DNA of 64,000 bases from a phage: assembly GCA_026066175.1 (NCBI GenBank), contig GCA_026066175.1_4721.1. The stretch is one strand, 5' to 3'. Shown piece after piece: positions 28,158 to 38,305 of this stretch. Position 1 is the first letter of the stretch; each line of letters opens with the position of its first letter. The notes below the pieces were generated by a model that saw nothing but the letters and a program-made list of their open reading frames with translations, was not told the origin of the DNA and did no database searches. A program made the translations under genes and the position numbers.

Positions 28158-29897
28158 TTATGCGACTTTACTAATAACGACGGCAGTGATACCGAGATGG
28201 AGGTCAACGCCGTTCTGTACTTTAATCCAGCGGATATACAGGTTAGCGTTATCCTGTCCCGTACCACCTGGGACGTTATTGTTCTTATTCCATTGTGAGA
28301 TTTCGAAACGTTTCTGCACGTTAGGGCCAACCATGATTTCAAAGTGGGTTGGTTCTGGTGCTTTCGATTCCGTCTTCTCAAGATAAAGCGGATGGGTTGA
28401 GTAGTAAAGCTGATTCAACCATTCACCCAGGTCTGAGTGTTTGTTCGTCAAGTCAACGTACGCGTTACCGGCAACGTCGTAAGAGAACAACGCTTTCGTA
28501 TTACGGCCGTATACATCCGTTGTTGTTGGGGTGGTCTGCGAACTGAAGGTAACTGTCCAGTAATCACCGGATGTTGCCGAACCGGCTTGCAGCAACGTCA
28601 TGCGAATCGTCTGTGTATGACGTACACGTTTGTAAACGGTAGGGTCGACTTCATCCAGCCAGATGTTGTACGCAAACTCTTGAGGTTGTCCGTATTTCTT
28701 CGGACTGAACTCAGGACTGTTCAACGCTAATTGGACTTTGTCGGTGACGTTGTAATACCGTTCACGGTCAACGTTATACAGCCAGAACACCAGCTCGTAA
28801 CCCACAGCGTCAGATACCCATTGCGGATAACAGAACAGCTTAACGCTATACGCGCCCTTCGCTTCTTTCGAAACGACGGTGTATGGAACACTGATGTGTT
28901 TCACTGCACCTGGTAATGCGTAGGAGGTATCTTCATCATCATCCAGGTAGTAGTGCAGCGCCAGTGGGTGTTTGCTGTTAATGACCTGAGACGTGAAGAC
29001 GTTAAGACCATCCAACACAACCTTGTTCCCGGTAACAGGCCAGTACTTGATAGAACCGTCGCTGTACGTGACTTCTGCCTGAAGGTCGACGGAGTCCAAG
29101 TTGACGTTGATTGGTAGCTCAAGGAGTTTGGAATCGCTGCTGCTAAGCCAGGTCGATTTCAGTCGTACTCCGTCTTCCAGGATGTACTTAATACCTTGGT
29201 CTGGTGTACGGACATAATCAGTAATACGAACGATCATGCGTTTCATCGACAACGGTTGTGGACCATCACCGTAACCGACCACCATCACTTGTTCGAAGTC
29301 TTCTACAGGTTTAATGCAGTAGCCTTCACGGGGTGCCCAGATGGCTTTGTTCGTTCCGTCTTTATAAGCGATAAGCTGACAGGGAATAAAATCGCTGATC
29401 TTATTACCGCTATTGTCATACATCGCACTGATGATTTCGCCGTTAGCGCTGATATCAGAACCACGGAAGACCGCAATACGTCGAATATCCGAACCGTGTA
29501 GATGGAAACGACGGTCAATGTTCATCGTTGCTGGAATGGTGTTCGTATTAATCAATACCCGCCAGGTATCGTACGACCAGGTTGGATCGATCCCTTCAAA
29601 GGTCGTTGTTTCATCACCTTGACCATCGAAGGGTGCTGACAATTGACCGATGAGCTTAAGGGTACTCAGTTTCGTTCTGTCATCAACAGCGATAACCCGG
29701 TACACCGCGTTGGTGTCCCAGTCTTCAACTTTATCATCCACGTTGGGAACATAAAGCTTCCAGTCTTCTTCAACACCATTGTAGATCTCTTTATACGCAT
29801 ATGTGGTATAGCGTCTGTCGAGATCCTGAATAGCGAGTTTATCCGGATGCTGTTGTGCGTAAAGCACCGGATTGGTAATCTCTCTTCCCATTATCAC
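28158..29897 (-). CDS. hypothetical protein (probable virion/morphogenesis protein)
   Basis: 579 aa; ATGA overlap with the upstream 864-aa gene; same operon as TerL. Confidence 0.5.
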   Translation of the reverse strand: MIMGREITNPVLYAQQHPDKLAIQDLDRRYTTYAYKEIYNGVEEDWKLYVPNVDDKVEDWDTNAVYRVIAVDDRTKLSTLKLIGQLSAPFDGQGDETTTFEGIDPTWSYDTWRVLINTNTIPATMNIDRRFHLHGSDIRRIAVFRGSDISANGEIISAMYDNSGNKISDFIPCQLIAYKDGTNKAIWAPREGYCIKPVEDFEQVMVVGYGDGPQPLSMKRMIVRITDYVRTPDQGIKYILEDGVRLKSTWLSSSDSKLLELPINVNLDSVDLQAEVTYSDGSIKYWPVTGNKVVLDGLNVFTSQVINSKHPLALHYYLDDDEDTSYALPGAVKHISVPYTVVSKEAKGAYSVKLFCYPQWVSDAVGYELVFWLYNVDRERYYNVTDKVQLALNSPEFSPKKYGQPQEFAYNIWLDEVDPTVYKRVRHTQTIRMTLLQAGSATSGDYWTVTFSSQTTPTTTDVYGRNTKALFSYDVAGNAYVDLTNKHSDLGEWLNQLYYSTHPLYLEKTESKAPEPTHFEIMVGPNVQKRFEISQWNKNNNVPGGTGQDNANLYIRWIKVQNGVDLHLGITAVVISKVA

Positions 29898-32488
29898 TCA
29901 CCTTTGATTGTGTAAAACTTCGTGAAGTCCACGCGATCTTTCAAGAACTCACGACTGACACGTTCTAAGAACCGCAACTGTTTAACTGTTACTTCAAGCG
30001 GTCTCCAACTGTCGTGTGGATGAATAGAAACCATCCGCCAATCGTAATTGCGTAACGCAGGATCGTAATCATAGAACCATTTATACGGTTTCATGAAGTC
30101 CATCAACTTAACGTCCTGCATATCGGGATCGGGATCGATAACACCGTTGATAAGATCGTACGTTACCGCCATCAGCGTTGGACTGATCAGCTGATATTTG
30201 TTTTCGATCGTGACCGGCGTATCGTACTTCACGCGAGGGAAATACAATGACATATAGTCTTCAACGCGTTTGTCGGTTTCAAGACTTTTGTCGCGTAGAT
30301 AATACGTGTCTGTGTTCACGAGACCACGGATAGGGGCAATAACATGGTAAATCGCATAAGGCACCCCATCGTTGACTTTGATGTCGGCAGGGTATTGCGT
30401 GTCCTCTGCGGTAACCACTTCGCTACGATCGTAAATACGTCCACCAACCACAATACGAACAACATGGTCGTCACGAACATTAAACACGTCGTCGTAAGAA
30501 AGCTGATTATGCATCGTCCAACCGGTATCGTAAACGGTTTCACCGGTTAAGTCCGTACGTGGGAAACCGGTGCATCTCACGGTAACCGTGTGCGTGTTCC
30601 CTTCACTGAAATACCGTTTCGCGTTGATCATGATCGTTGGCCATTTTACGATATAATCGATATCGCGTACCAAGCTGTAGCTTTTGGTTGCTCGCTCGTC
30701 ACCTAACCATACTTCGATTTGACCAGGTTCGAAAGGCAGCGGATATTCAACATCAATACCCGTCGTAACATCCAACCATACGGTGTGGTTACGATGTTGT
30801 ATTGTGGTCTTATACGCTAAGAAGTAGGTGTCGAACAATACCAACCCGGTTTGTTTTCTTCCATCCAACGACCACTTAATCACACCGCTCTCTTCCGTTA
30901 CCACTGAAGCATCGTCGGTAACATCCTTCCATGTGTTTGCGACAGGTTGTCCGTTACGAAGATTGACGCTATAGCAACGATAGCTTGCCCATTCACGAAC
31001 AGGTACGTCGGCAACACCCTTCACGTAATCAAGCGTTCTTCCGCCGACGCCTGAACGACCCTCAACATACGACGTTGTTGGGTATTGCGGATAGAAATAG
31101 CGTCCAGCAGGATGTTGGGTAATCCCTAATAAAAGACCGCTACTGTCATATTCGAAGAACGTTGCGTTTGCACGCAGCCCCCACGGGACTTCAGCAGCCG
31201 GTGTACCCATATCGTCGGTAACACGTTGTGGGCTATCCGCAACCAGTTTCGCCATCGCGTTATACCCGTAAGCAGAAGTCACCATGTCGATCGTGATATT
31301 GCTTTCCTTATTACGCATGATGCGTGTATAATTGCTGGCTTCAAGTGTGCGTGCAAAGAACTCGGGTATATTCGCGTTCTGTTCTAACATCGCACCGACA
31401 ATGACATCGTCAGGAAGTTTATACAACTCGTGGATGCGATTATGCTCGAAGGTCAAATGCGTTTTCAAGCCGCTATCACGGACAATAACTTCCAACGTTA
31501 AATCGCGAAGTGATTCAGCACCATCAGCACGTTCAACGAAATAGCTGACGTAATCAACAGGAATCCCGTAATCACGATGCGTAAGCATGCGGATACTATT
31601 TTCCTGGTTGGTGTGGTAGTAACGTCCTTTTCCGTTAGGGCCTTTCACGTAAATATCGACATCATCACGATACTGAATCTTAATATCTTTCTCATCTTTC
31701 GGTGGATGAATCAGATACTTCACTTTCTTGTCCAGATCGCTGTTATACGTTTTAAGGTCTTCGACACGGAAACTGTAACGATGGACAACCGTACCGTCGT
31801 AAACGACCTGAATGCTATCACCGATCTTAAAACTTGACGGCGGGATATCTTCAACCGCTTCACCGTTGATGCTACAATGCGTCCAACCGATTCCGGTTTC
31901 CTGGATCTTTTTACGCCATGCGTATAGCTGACGTTGCCACTGCAGAACCTGTGTGGAACTCGTCACGATACCGCCCAGGATATGCACTTCACGACCCGTC
32001 GGTTTTGTATACGCTGGATAACCTTCAGCGAAGTCTGCGTTGAGATAGGTACGCCAGTAATAATCACCAACGCCAAGATCGGCGATATTCGGTTGATCCA
32101 GTACGCAGATCAACATCGTTTCATTTTCCAGGTTACCGGTCCACGTCAGTGTTAACGGGAATTCTTTACCGTCTTCGGTATAGATGTTGTAATAAGACCC
32201 TTTCACTTCGCAGAACTTGCTCAGTTCTCGCCACCATAACCGACCCGCCCCGACATTAAAATCCTCCCCCATATGGCGTCCGATAACAAACACATGGAAC
32301 GTATTCGTATCGTCAGGAAGATTGAAGGTTCGATGCCATGCGGTAAAATTTTTTACAGCGCCGGTTTTTCCGGTGATACGACGCATCTTGATACGATGCT
32401 GGTTGTCCATTAACGGACGGCAGTTCACGTTCAGCGCAGCATGATTGATCAAGTATTGCGCGGTAGGATTAGAAGCGTTCAACACCAC
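29894..32488 (-). CDS. hypothetical 864-aa protein (portal-size virion protein candidate)
   Basis: GTG start with GGAGG SD. Size and position next to TerL are compatible with a jumbo-phage portal, but no motif evidence. Confidence 0.45.
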   Translation of the reverse strand: MVLNASNPTAQYLINHAALNVNCRPLMDNQHRIKMRRITGKTGAVKNFTAWHRTFNLPDDTNTFHVFVIGRHMGEDFNVGAGRLWWRELSKFCEVKGSYYNIYTEDGKEFPLTLTWTGNLENETMLICVLDQPNIADLGVGDYYWRTYLNADFAEGYPAYTKPTGREVHILGGIVTSSTQVLQWQRQLYAWRKKIQETGIGWTHCSINGEAVEDIPPSSFKIGDSIQVVYDGTVVHRYSFRVEDLKTYNSDLDKKVKYLIHPPKDEKDIKIQYRDDVDIYVKGPNGKGRYYHTNQENSIRMLTHRDYGIPVDYVSYFVERADGAESLRDLTLEVIVRDSGLKTHLTFEHNRIHELYKLPDDVIVGAMLEQNANIPEFFARTLEASNYTRIMRNKESNITIDMVTSAYGYNAMAKLVADSPQRVTDDMGTPAAEVPWGLRANATFFEYDSSGLLLGITQHPAGRYFYPQYPTTSYVEGRSGVGGRTLDYVKGVADVPVREWASYRCYSVNLRNGQPVANTWKDVTDDASVVTEESGVIKWSLDGRKQTGLVLFDTYFLAYKTTIQHRNHTVWLDVTTGIDVEYPLPFEPGQIEVWLGDERATKSYSLVRDIDYIVKWPTIMINAKRYFSEGNTHTVTVRCTGFPRTDLTGETVYDTGWTMHNQLSYDDVFNVRDDHVVRIVVGGRIYDRSEVVTAEDTQYPADIKVNDGVPYAIYHVIAPIRGLVNTDTYYLRDKSLETDKRVEDYMSLYFPRVKYDTPVTIENKYQLISPTLMAVTYDLINGVIDPDPDMQDVKLMDFMKPYKWFYDYDPALRNYDWRMVSIHPHDSWRPLEVTVKQLRFLERVSREFLKDRVDFTKFYTIKGE

Positions 32489-33416
32489 GGCATGCCTCCA
32501 AGAGGTATTTCATATTGGCTTGGAAATCATTGACGTCACGCGCCATGCGACGCTGATCCGCCATGAGACGAGCCAACACGGTATCACGATAACCACGGTC
32601 GTGGTCAGCAGAAGAGCATAAAAGGATAAATGTTGGCGGATGCTCTAAAGCGATCCCGGCAACTTCTTTACTGTATCCCCCAACCCAACTGTAGGCGGTA
32701 ATCTCAAACAACAGCGCTTGCGTTAACGTGTTCAAACGTGGGCTGATATTGCTTTCTTTTAATGCGGTAACAAAAGCCGCCATGTTAGGGATAAAGCCCA
32801 GGTTCTCGGTAACGATTCCGATGCTCGCAAAGTCGTAACGAAGCGTTGTCTGGATGGTACGTACCATCGTGAGTCTTTCATTATTTGTAAGGCTATCTTT
32901 AAATAAGCAAAGATAGTACCACGCTGTTATGATGGCAACATCACGACGCTGTTGGAGATCCAAACCTAAACGTTGAGTAATTTGTCCGCTGATCCAATCG
33001 CAGAAGACACGCATCGGGATAGGACCAAGACGTTCAAAAGGGCGTGTGCCCAAGGATTCCCATCCTACCTGAAGATACGCACGTGATTGAAGAAAGTTAT
33101 ATTCACGTTCGTTAACGACGGTAGTACGCGATCCTGGGCGTGAAGTGTCGGTTGGTGTGCGAGCATAGGCACGCTGGTCGATGACGACGCGTTGTCCATC
33201 CATCACCGTTTTAATCACCAGCGGATGACCGAAGGAAGGAATATCGTCTAACGTGTTTTTGTTACCGATAACTTCTAAGACGGGGGTGTTTACACCATTT
33301 TCTTCTCCGGGTGCGCTTAACAACCCACCGACATAAGCAACCTCGATGGCGGTGCGAATACGGTCAATCCCTTTGAGTTTTGTTCCAACAGTTGTGTCGT
33401 AAGGAGAGATGAACAT
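32469..33416 (-). CDS. hypothetical protein
   Basis: Start trimmed to the first ATG (AAGGA SD); about 315 aa. Confidence 0.45.
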   Translation of the reverse strand: MFISPYDTTVGTKLKGIDRIRTAIEVAYVGGLLSAPGEENGVNTPVLEVIGNKNTLDDIPSFGHPLVIKTVMDGQRVVIDQRAYARTPTDTSRPGSRTTVVNEREYNFLQSRAYLQVGWESLGTRPFERLGPIPMRVFCDWISGQITQRLGLDLQQRRDVAIITAWYYLCLFKDSLTNNERLTMVRTIQTTLRYDFASIGIVTENLGFIPNMAAFVTALKESNISPRLNTLTQALLFEITAYSWVGGYSKEVAGIALEHPPTFILLCSSADHDRGYRDTVLARLMADQRRMARDVNDFQANMKYLLEACRGVERF

Positions 33417-33477
33417 AGATAATTCCTTTATTACGGCATAGTAAGAAAACGGGTTACGCACACAGATTTAAGCATAA

Positions 33478-33489
33478 TGGTAATATTTT
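33478..33489 (-). promoter_or_regulatory. variant ATATTACC promoter-like core
   Basis: Minus strand AAAATATTACCATTATG in the divergent intergenic region 33417-33561. Confidence 0.3.
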
Positions 33490-33561
33490 ACGTAATGCCT
33501 ATGACATTGTGTCACGTGTGCAATTATGTCATACAATTTCCTTAATTTAAGGAGAGTTATA

Positions 33562-35640
33562 ATGAGGCTCAAAAACAGTACGCCTCGCGCGATTTTCACG
33601 GGCTTTAAAGAGGGTCTCACTACGGATCCGGTAACCGCCCCTGAGATCACGCCCATTCACCTCCCGTATGTATACATTCAGGGTGGTCGTGGTAAAGAGG
33701 ATACCTTGCTTTTAACAGGGGACGCCCTGTCCACCGTTTACGGTGACGAAATGTTGAATTACCGTAGTAAGTATGCTTCTCCTGCAACACTGATTGCACG
33801 TCAAGCGGCTTCAACCGGTAGCGCAATTTTCACCAAACGTTTGGTATCACCCGATGCAAAATACGCACGTATTCGTATCGGCGTAGAAGTGGTTGACGAT
33901 GTTCTTCCGGTATGGCAACGTAACCCCGACGGCTCCTATAAAAAGGATCAGGACGGTAACCGTATTCAGGATGCAGACAAGACCACAAACAAAGTTAAAA
34001 TGCGTTGGGTCGTTAACCACGACAAAGACGCTGACTCACCGCATGAATTCGGTAAAGATGAGGTCACTATCGGATCAATGACCGCAACCGCGGACGACGC
34101 GCAGAGTAACTACTATCCGATTCTGGATGGCCTGGTAAGCTGGCGTGGTGAGGAAGGCAACAATATCGGTCTGCGTTTAGAAGCGCCTACCGCATTGAGC
34201 AGCAATCCGACCCGCACCGACATCATCGAACGCATCGGTGCATTCCTGTATCGCATTCAGTTCGTTGAACGTAAATCGGCACGTACTGCGCCAACTGTCG
34301 TTCGCACCATCAGCGGTATGGAACAAGAAACGTTCGCATTGCAGACAGGTGTTATTCACCCGGACGACGAAACCGATCTGTCCTTTGATAAAGTCGTTGT
34401 TGATGCCTACGAGTACAATGAAACGGGGAATACCCCGATCTTTGCACCGATGGATCAACTTCACATTTATCAGAAGAATATCGACGAGCTGACTAAGCGT
34501 CTGTATGATGCTGAGAAAGCGGAAGCCGGAAACCATCTGCTGACCGACGTGGAATTCGTTGAAGGTCAGATGAACATCCTTACCGGTGTTGACTACAACG
34601 GTATTCCGTACTACGCGGTGGAAGTCCTGGATGCGGACGAAGGCGGCGTTATCTTTGATGGTAGCAGCACCTTCTACGCGATCGACGGCAGCGATGGCAC
34701 CGTTGACTGGGATACCTTCGATGCGTTAGCGCAACAGCAGTTCGCGTCGTTCGGTAACATGGGTGAAGACCTGGAAGACATGGCGTATTATCCGTTCTCT
34801 ATCGTGTACGACATTGGTTACAAAGTCGATACGAAGAAAGCAATGGCTAACGTCTTGTCCCTGCGTCCAGACGTCATGATTATTGCGTCAACCCATACCT
34901 GGAAAGGTGTGGAACTGAACGTCGACGAAGAAAGCTCCATGGGTGCAATGCTGCGTAACTATTATCGCCTGCATCCAGAAAGCGTGCTTTATAACACCCC
35001 AGCGTGTCGTGCTGCTGTGTTCATGCAGTACGGTGAAAGCATCGAAGCGCCGAGCTTAGGTAAAGTTCCATTAACCATGGAAGTGGCTAACAAGCTGGCA
35101 ACCTACATGGGTGCTTCCGATGGTGTTATTCGTGGAACCCGCATCGATAACAACCCTGGTAACGTTGTCACAACGATGCGTAAAATCAACAAGACGTATC
35201 GTAACGCAACGGTTCGTGATCGTGATTGGGAAAACGGTTTGAACTATGTTCAGACTTATAACCGTAATTCCAACTTCTTCCCGGCGTGGGGCACGATCTA
35301 CAACAACGACCGTTCGGTATGGCGTTCGTTGATCAACGTGATCATCGGTTGCGATCTGACTCGCGTATGCTATCGTCTCTGGGCAGAAACCACCGGTACA
35401 ACAGGAATGGATGAAACCCTGTTCCTGAAACTGATGGGCGAACGCTTCCTGGAATACACCACGGGTCGTTATAACGACCACGTGACCGTTAAGGGACGTT
35501 TCTACCTGGATAAAGAAGACGGTTATAACGGCTTCAGCTATCATGGTGATATTAGCCTGATCGGTGATCCGGGTATGACCGTGGGTACGTTTACCATCAC
35601 CGGGCTGCGTCGTAACACCGAAGCAGCTGAAGCGGCGTAA
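33562..35640 (+). CDS. major virion structural protein; candidate tail sheath
   Basis: 692 aa, strong AAGGAGAG SD, high-expression codon usage; followed 15 nt later by a 296-aa gene and then a terminator. Size and gene order match a myovirus sheath/tube pair. Assignment by size and context only. Confidence 0.4.
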   Translation: MRLKNSTPRAIFTGFKEGLTTDPVTAPEITPIHLPYVYIQGGRGKEDTLLLTGDALSTVYGDEMLNYRSKYASPATLIARQAASTGSAIFTKRLVSPDAKYARIRIGVEVVDDVLPVWQRNPDGSYKKDQDGNRIQDADKTTNKVKMRWVVNHDKDADSPHEFGKDEVTIGSMTATADDAQSNYYPILDGLVSWRGEEGNNIGLRLEAPTALSSNPTRTDIIERIGAFLYRIQFVERKSARTAPTVVRTISGMEQETFALQTGVIHPDDETDLSFDKVVVDAYEYNETGNTPIFAPMDQLHIYQKNIDELTKRLYDAEKAEAGNHLLTDVEFVEGQMNILTGVDYNGIPYYAVEVLDADEGGVIFDGSSTFYAIDGSDGTVDWDTFDALAQQQFASFGNMGEDLEDMAYYPFSIVYDIGYKVDTKKAMANVLSLRPDVMIIASTHTWKGVELNVDEESSMGAMLRNYYRLHPESVLYNTPACRAAVFMQYGESIEAPSLGKVPLTMEVANKLATYMGASDGVIRGTRIDNNPGNVVTTMRKINKTYRNATVRDRDWENGLNYVQTYNRNSNFFPAWGTIYNNDRSVWRSLINVIIGCDLTRVCYRLWAETTGTTGMDETLFLKLMGERFLEYTTGRYNDHVTVKGRFYLDKEDGYNGFSYHGDISLIGDPGMTVGTFTITGLRRNTEAAEAA

Positions 35641-35655
35641 TGAGAGGAGTCCATA

Positions 35656-36546
35656 ATGCGTCCTGATAATACCCTACTCGGTGAACAGGGTGTTGGTGCT
35701 CTTAGCAACGCGGCTATGGTCGATATTCGTGCAGGTGCCCAAAACGGGTACATCAGCAATATCGGTACGTACGTTGCTAACGCCAACTACATTCCGAACC
35801 AAATGTTCTGCCTCCTGCTGGAGGCACCACGTGGTTTCAACTACCTGCCTAACCCGGATGTCCAGATCGGCTATCTGAAAGCGCTGGTAGAAGAAGTTGC
35901 GCATTCGATTACCGGTCTGCAACGTGGACTGGAAGTTGAATTCGTTAGCGTCCCGGTTTCTGGTTCCGGTGAAATCCAGGAAGAAGTCTCTGACGTTAAA
36001 CGTCCTCGCTCTAACCCGACCTTCGGGATCTATGAGAAAGAAGGCCGTTCTGTCAGCTACTTCCTGGAGCAATGGATCACGTATCTGTTGATGGATCCGG
36101 ATGCCAAGTATCCGATGCTGTCGTCTATCGTATCCACTGGTGGTCCAACCGACCTGCTGGCGGATTATCGTAGCGCAACAATGCTGTTCGTTGAGCCAGA
36201 CCGTCAACACAAGAAAGTGGTTAACGCCTGGCTGTGCACGAACATGATGCCTCACGGTACCGGTGACTGGACATCACGTCGTAACAAGAACGATGCGCCA
36301 AACGTGGTAGAATTGAGCATTCAGTTCACCGCGTTAACACAGACCAACTACGGCGTGCGTGCTTTTGCACAACGTCTGCTGGATAAGATGAACCTGCTTA
36401 AAGTGAACCCGGATTTCCGTCCGGCATACTTAAGCGACATCGATCCGGCTGTTGCTGCACAGAAGGTGGGTTACACCTTCGACTTTGATAACAACGATAC
36501 CTTCGAGGTACCGAGCGCTTATCAAAACGTAACACCTCGCGTGTAA
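35656..36546 (+). CDS. virion structural protein; candidate tail tube
   Basis: 296 aa, GAGGAG SD, directly downstream of the candidate sheath gene. Confidence 0.35.
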   Translation: MRPDNTLLGEQGVGALSNAAMVDIRAGAQNGYISNIGTYVANANYIPNQMFCLLLEAPRGFNYLPNPDVQIGYLKALVEEVAHSITGLQRGLEVEFVSVPVSGSGEIQEEVSDVKRPRSNPTFGIYEKEGRSVSYFLEQWITYLLMDPDAKYPMLSSIVSTGGPTDLLADYRSATMLFVEPDRQHKKVVNAWLCTNMMPHGTGDWTSRRNKNDAPNVVELSIQFTALTQTNYGVRAFAQRLLDKMNLLKVNPDFRPAYLSDIDPAVAAQKVGYTFDFDNNDTFEVPSAYQNVTPRV

Positions 36547-36565
36547 CGTAAAAAAAAAACATATT

Positions 36566-36600
36566 ACATCCTCCTTCCCCGGCCTGATGGCTAGGGAAGG
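36566..36600. terminator. bidirectional terminator hairpin
   Basis: Stem ATCCTCCTTCCC / GGGAAGGAGGAT preceded by a T/A-run, between convergent genes. Confidence 0.5.
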
Positions 36601-36615
36601 AGGATTATGGTTTAT

Positions 36616-37155
36616 TTACTGTTGGTTCTTAGCTTCACGAATGAAAATGACATCAGGGTATTCTTGGGATTCAATGAATTCAGGATTACGATAACGACGA
36701 ATATGACGCATTGTCGTACAAGCAAGTTTGTAAAGATGTTCCTCCTCACGTTGTGTTAATAACATCAGTTGCGCGTCTGGAATCACGAATGGGAGTCTTT
36801 CATTCACGTATTCCCGAAGGTCATCGAGATCATCGTGATGAATGCCCTCTGAGAGCTTATATAACGCTTCCAGCAATTCTAATCCACCGAACTGGTAACT
36901 TCCTATTGTCGTCTTAAACAATGCGCCAGAACGCGTGGTGGATGCTCTATCGGCGACATCGTATTGTTCTAACATATATCCGTAGACCATGCTACGTCGA
37001 TCCAGTGTATCCGTAACGAGATTACGCCACCGTTCCAGTCTTTCGAGCGCTTTGTCGATAGAGTAAACGATCATGCCATGTTCATCCAACTCTTCCGCAA
37101 TACCCAATAGTTCATTGTTGTTAGGTTTTGCTGCACCGATAAGAAAAACACTCAT
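36616..37155 (-). CDS. hypothetical protein
   Basis: 179-aa ORF. Confidence 0.5.
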   Translation of the reverse strand: MSVFLIGAAKPNNNELLGIAEELDEHGMIVYSIDKALERLERWRNLVTDTLDRRSMVYGYMLEQYDVADRASTTRSGALFKTTIGSYQFGGLELLEALYKLSEGIHHDDLDDLREYVNERLPFVIPDAQLMLLTQREEEHLYKLACTTMRHIRRYRNPEFIESQEYPDVIFIREAKNQQ

Positions 37156-37568
37156 TACTCAAACTCCTTATTCCAAAACTCGATTAATGAATCGAGCTGT
37201 TCCTTACTGGTTATCTCACCTCCCCTAACAAAATGAAATCGTTCCTGAATGGCGATCTTTTCAAGGATATCGGTAAGCAAATGACGGTGACAGAAATTTC
37301 CTGCAGGACAATAACACCCTAACACCACAACAGGATGGGAGAATAAAACCAACCATTCCGGTGTATGATCAACAAAGCTTTTGCGCATAAGCGCGTAGTA
37401 GCCTGTGGTATATTCATCCTCGGTTAACGTTTTTGATTTGATTCCTGTAACAAGTTCCCATGAAGGTGCGAAGAGTGGGTTACCTGTTTTCACCGTCGTG
37501 TCCAGTAGGAACGCTCGTGTGTCTGAAAGCCAACGATGTTTGGCTAATTGAAGGGTGTATAAAAACAC
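37155..37568 (-). CDS. hypothetical protein
   Basis: 137-aa ORF; start/stop overlap with the downstream gene. Confidence 0.5.
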   Translation of the reverse strand: MFLYTLQLAKHRWLSDTRAFLLDTTVKTGNPLFAPSWELVTGIKSKTLTEDEYTTGYYALMRKSFVDHTPEWLVLFSHPVVVLGCYCPAGNFCHRHLLTDILEKIAIQERFHFVRGGEITSKEQLDSLIEFWNKEFE

Positions 37569-37673
37569 AGCGCTAACCCCAAAGGATAAAAATAAAACCT
37601 TGACATAACCACCACCGCAACCCCATACAGGGCTACGGTGGGGTTTATACAGAGAGACGAGTTAAATTACAAA

Positions 37674-38153
37674 TTAGCCTTTCAGCAGCTCAGCTGCATA
37701 TGCACTGATGTTATCGCGAATATGCTTAACCTGAGTTGTTGGGAAGGATTTCTTATACGCGGTAGTCAGACGTCCGTAAACCTGTTTCTTCTCGTTAGAG
37801 CCGAAACCAACTTCAGCGCTACGTTGAACGGTTGCTGATACAACGTCTTTACCCAGCGGCAGCGTAACAGAAACAACGTCAACCTGCTTGTTGTCTGCCA
37901 TGAACTGCGCACCAACGCGACCCACTGCCAGGCCATGAGCCAGACCGATGTCTGTTGTCAGTTTCTGTGCTTTTTCCAGGATTTCTTTTTCTTCTGGTGT
38001 TACCAGCGTACCAATGAAATCACTGCCCAGCTTCTGGCTACCTGATTCGTCCAGTTTGAGACCAGCAGCGATTTTATCAGAAAGAGCCTGAACTTCCGGA
38101 CGTACGTTAGAAGTGGTTTCAGTCGCTACGGTGGTTTCTACTGCTTCAGACAT
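37674..38153 (-). CDS. small abundant hydrophilic protein (function unknown)
   Basis: Start at M12 (GGAG SD), about 159 aa. High-expression codon usage; own promoter-like element upstream and a hairpin plus T-run downstream (37608-37650). Confidence 0.5.
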   Translation of the reverse strand: MSEAVETTVATETTSNVRPEVQALSDKIAAGLKLDESGSQKLGSDFIGTLVTPEEKEILEKAQKLTTDIGLAHGLAVGRVGAQFMADNKQVDVVSVTLPLGKDVVSATVQRSAEVGFGSNEKKQVYGRLTTAYKKSFPTTQVKHIRDNISAYAAELLKG

Positions 38154-38274
38154 GTTAGTACTCCAATTAGTTTTTCGATCGATCAAAAGGATAAAATCAG
38201 AAGATTCTTTTCTTCATAGGGAAAACACAAGTCGGTTAAGGTTTACTTCTCAAACTCCTTGCGTTCTATCAGTT

Positions 38275-38305
38275 AGGTAATATAGACCTCAACTTTTTTC
38301 CAATA
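38275..38305 (-). promoter_or_regulatory. conserved AT-rich promoter-like element
   Basis: Plus AGGTAATATAGACCTCAACTTTTTTCCAATA (minus TATTGGAAAAAAGTTGAGGTCTATATTACCT). Overlaps the last codons of gene 38289..39086 and lies about 120 nt upstream of gene 37674..38153. No plus-strand gene is downstream, which fixes its orientation as minus. Confidence 0.45.
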
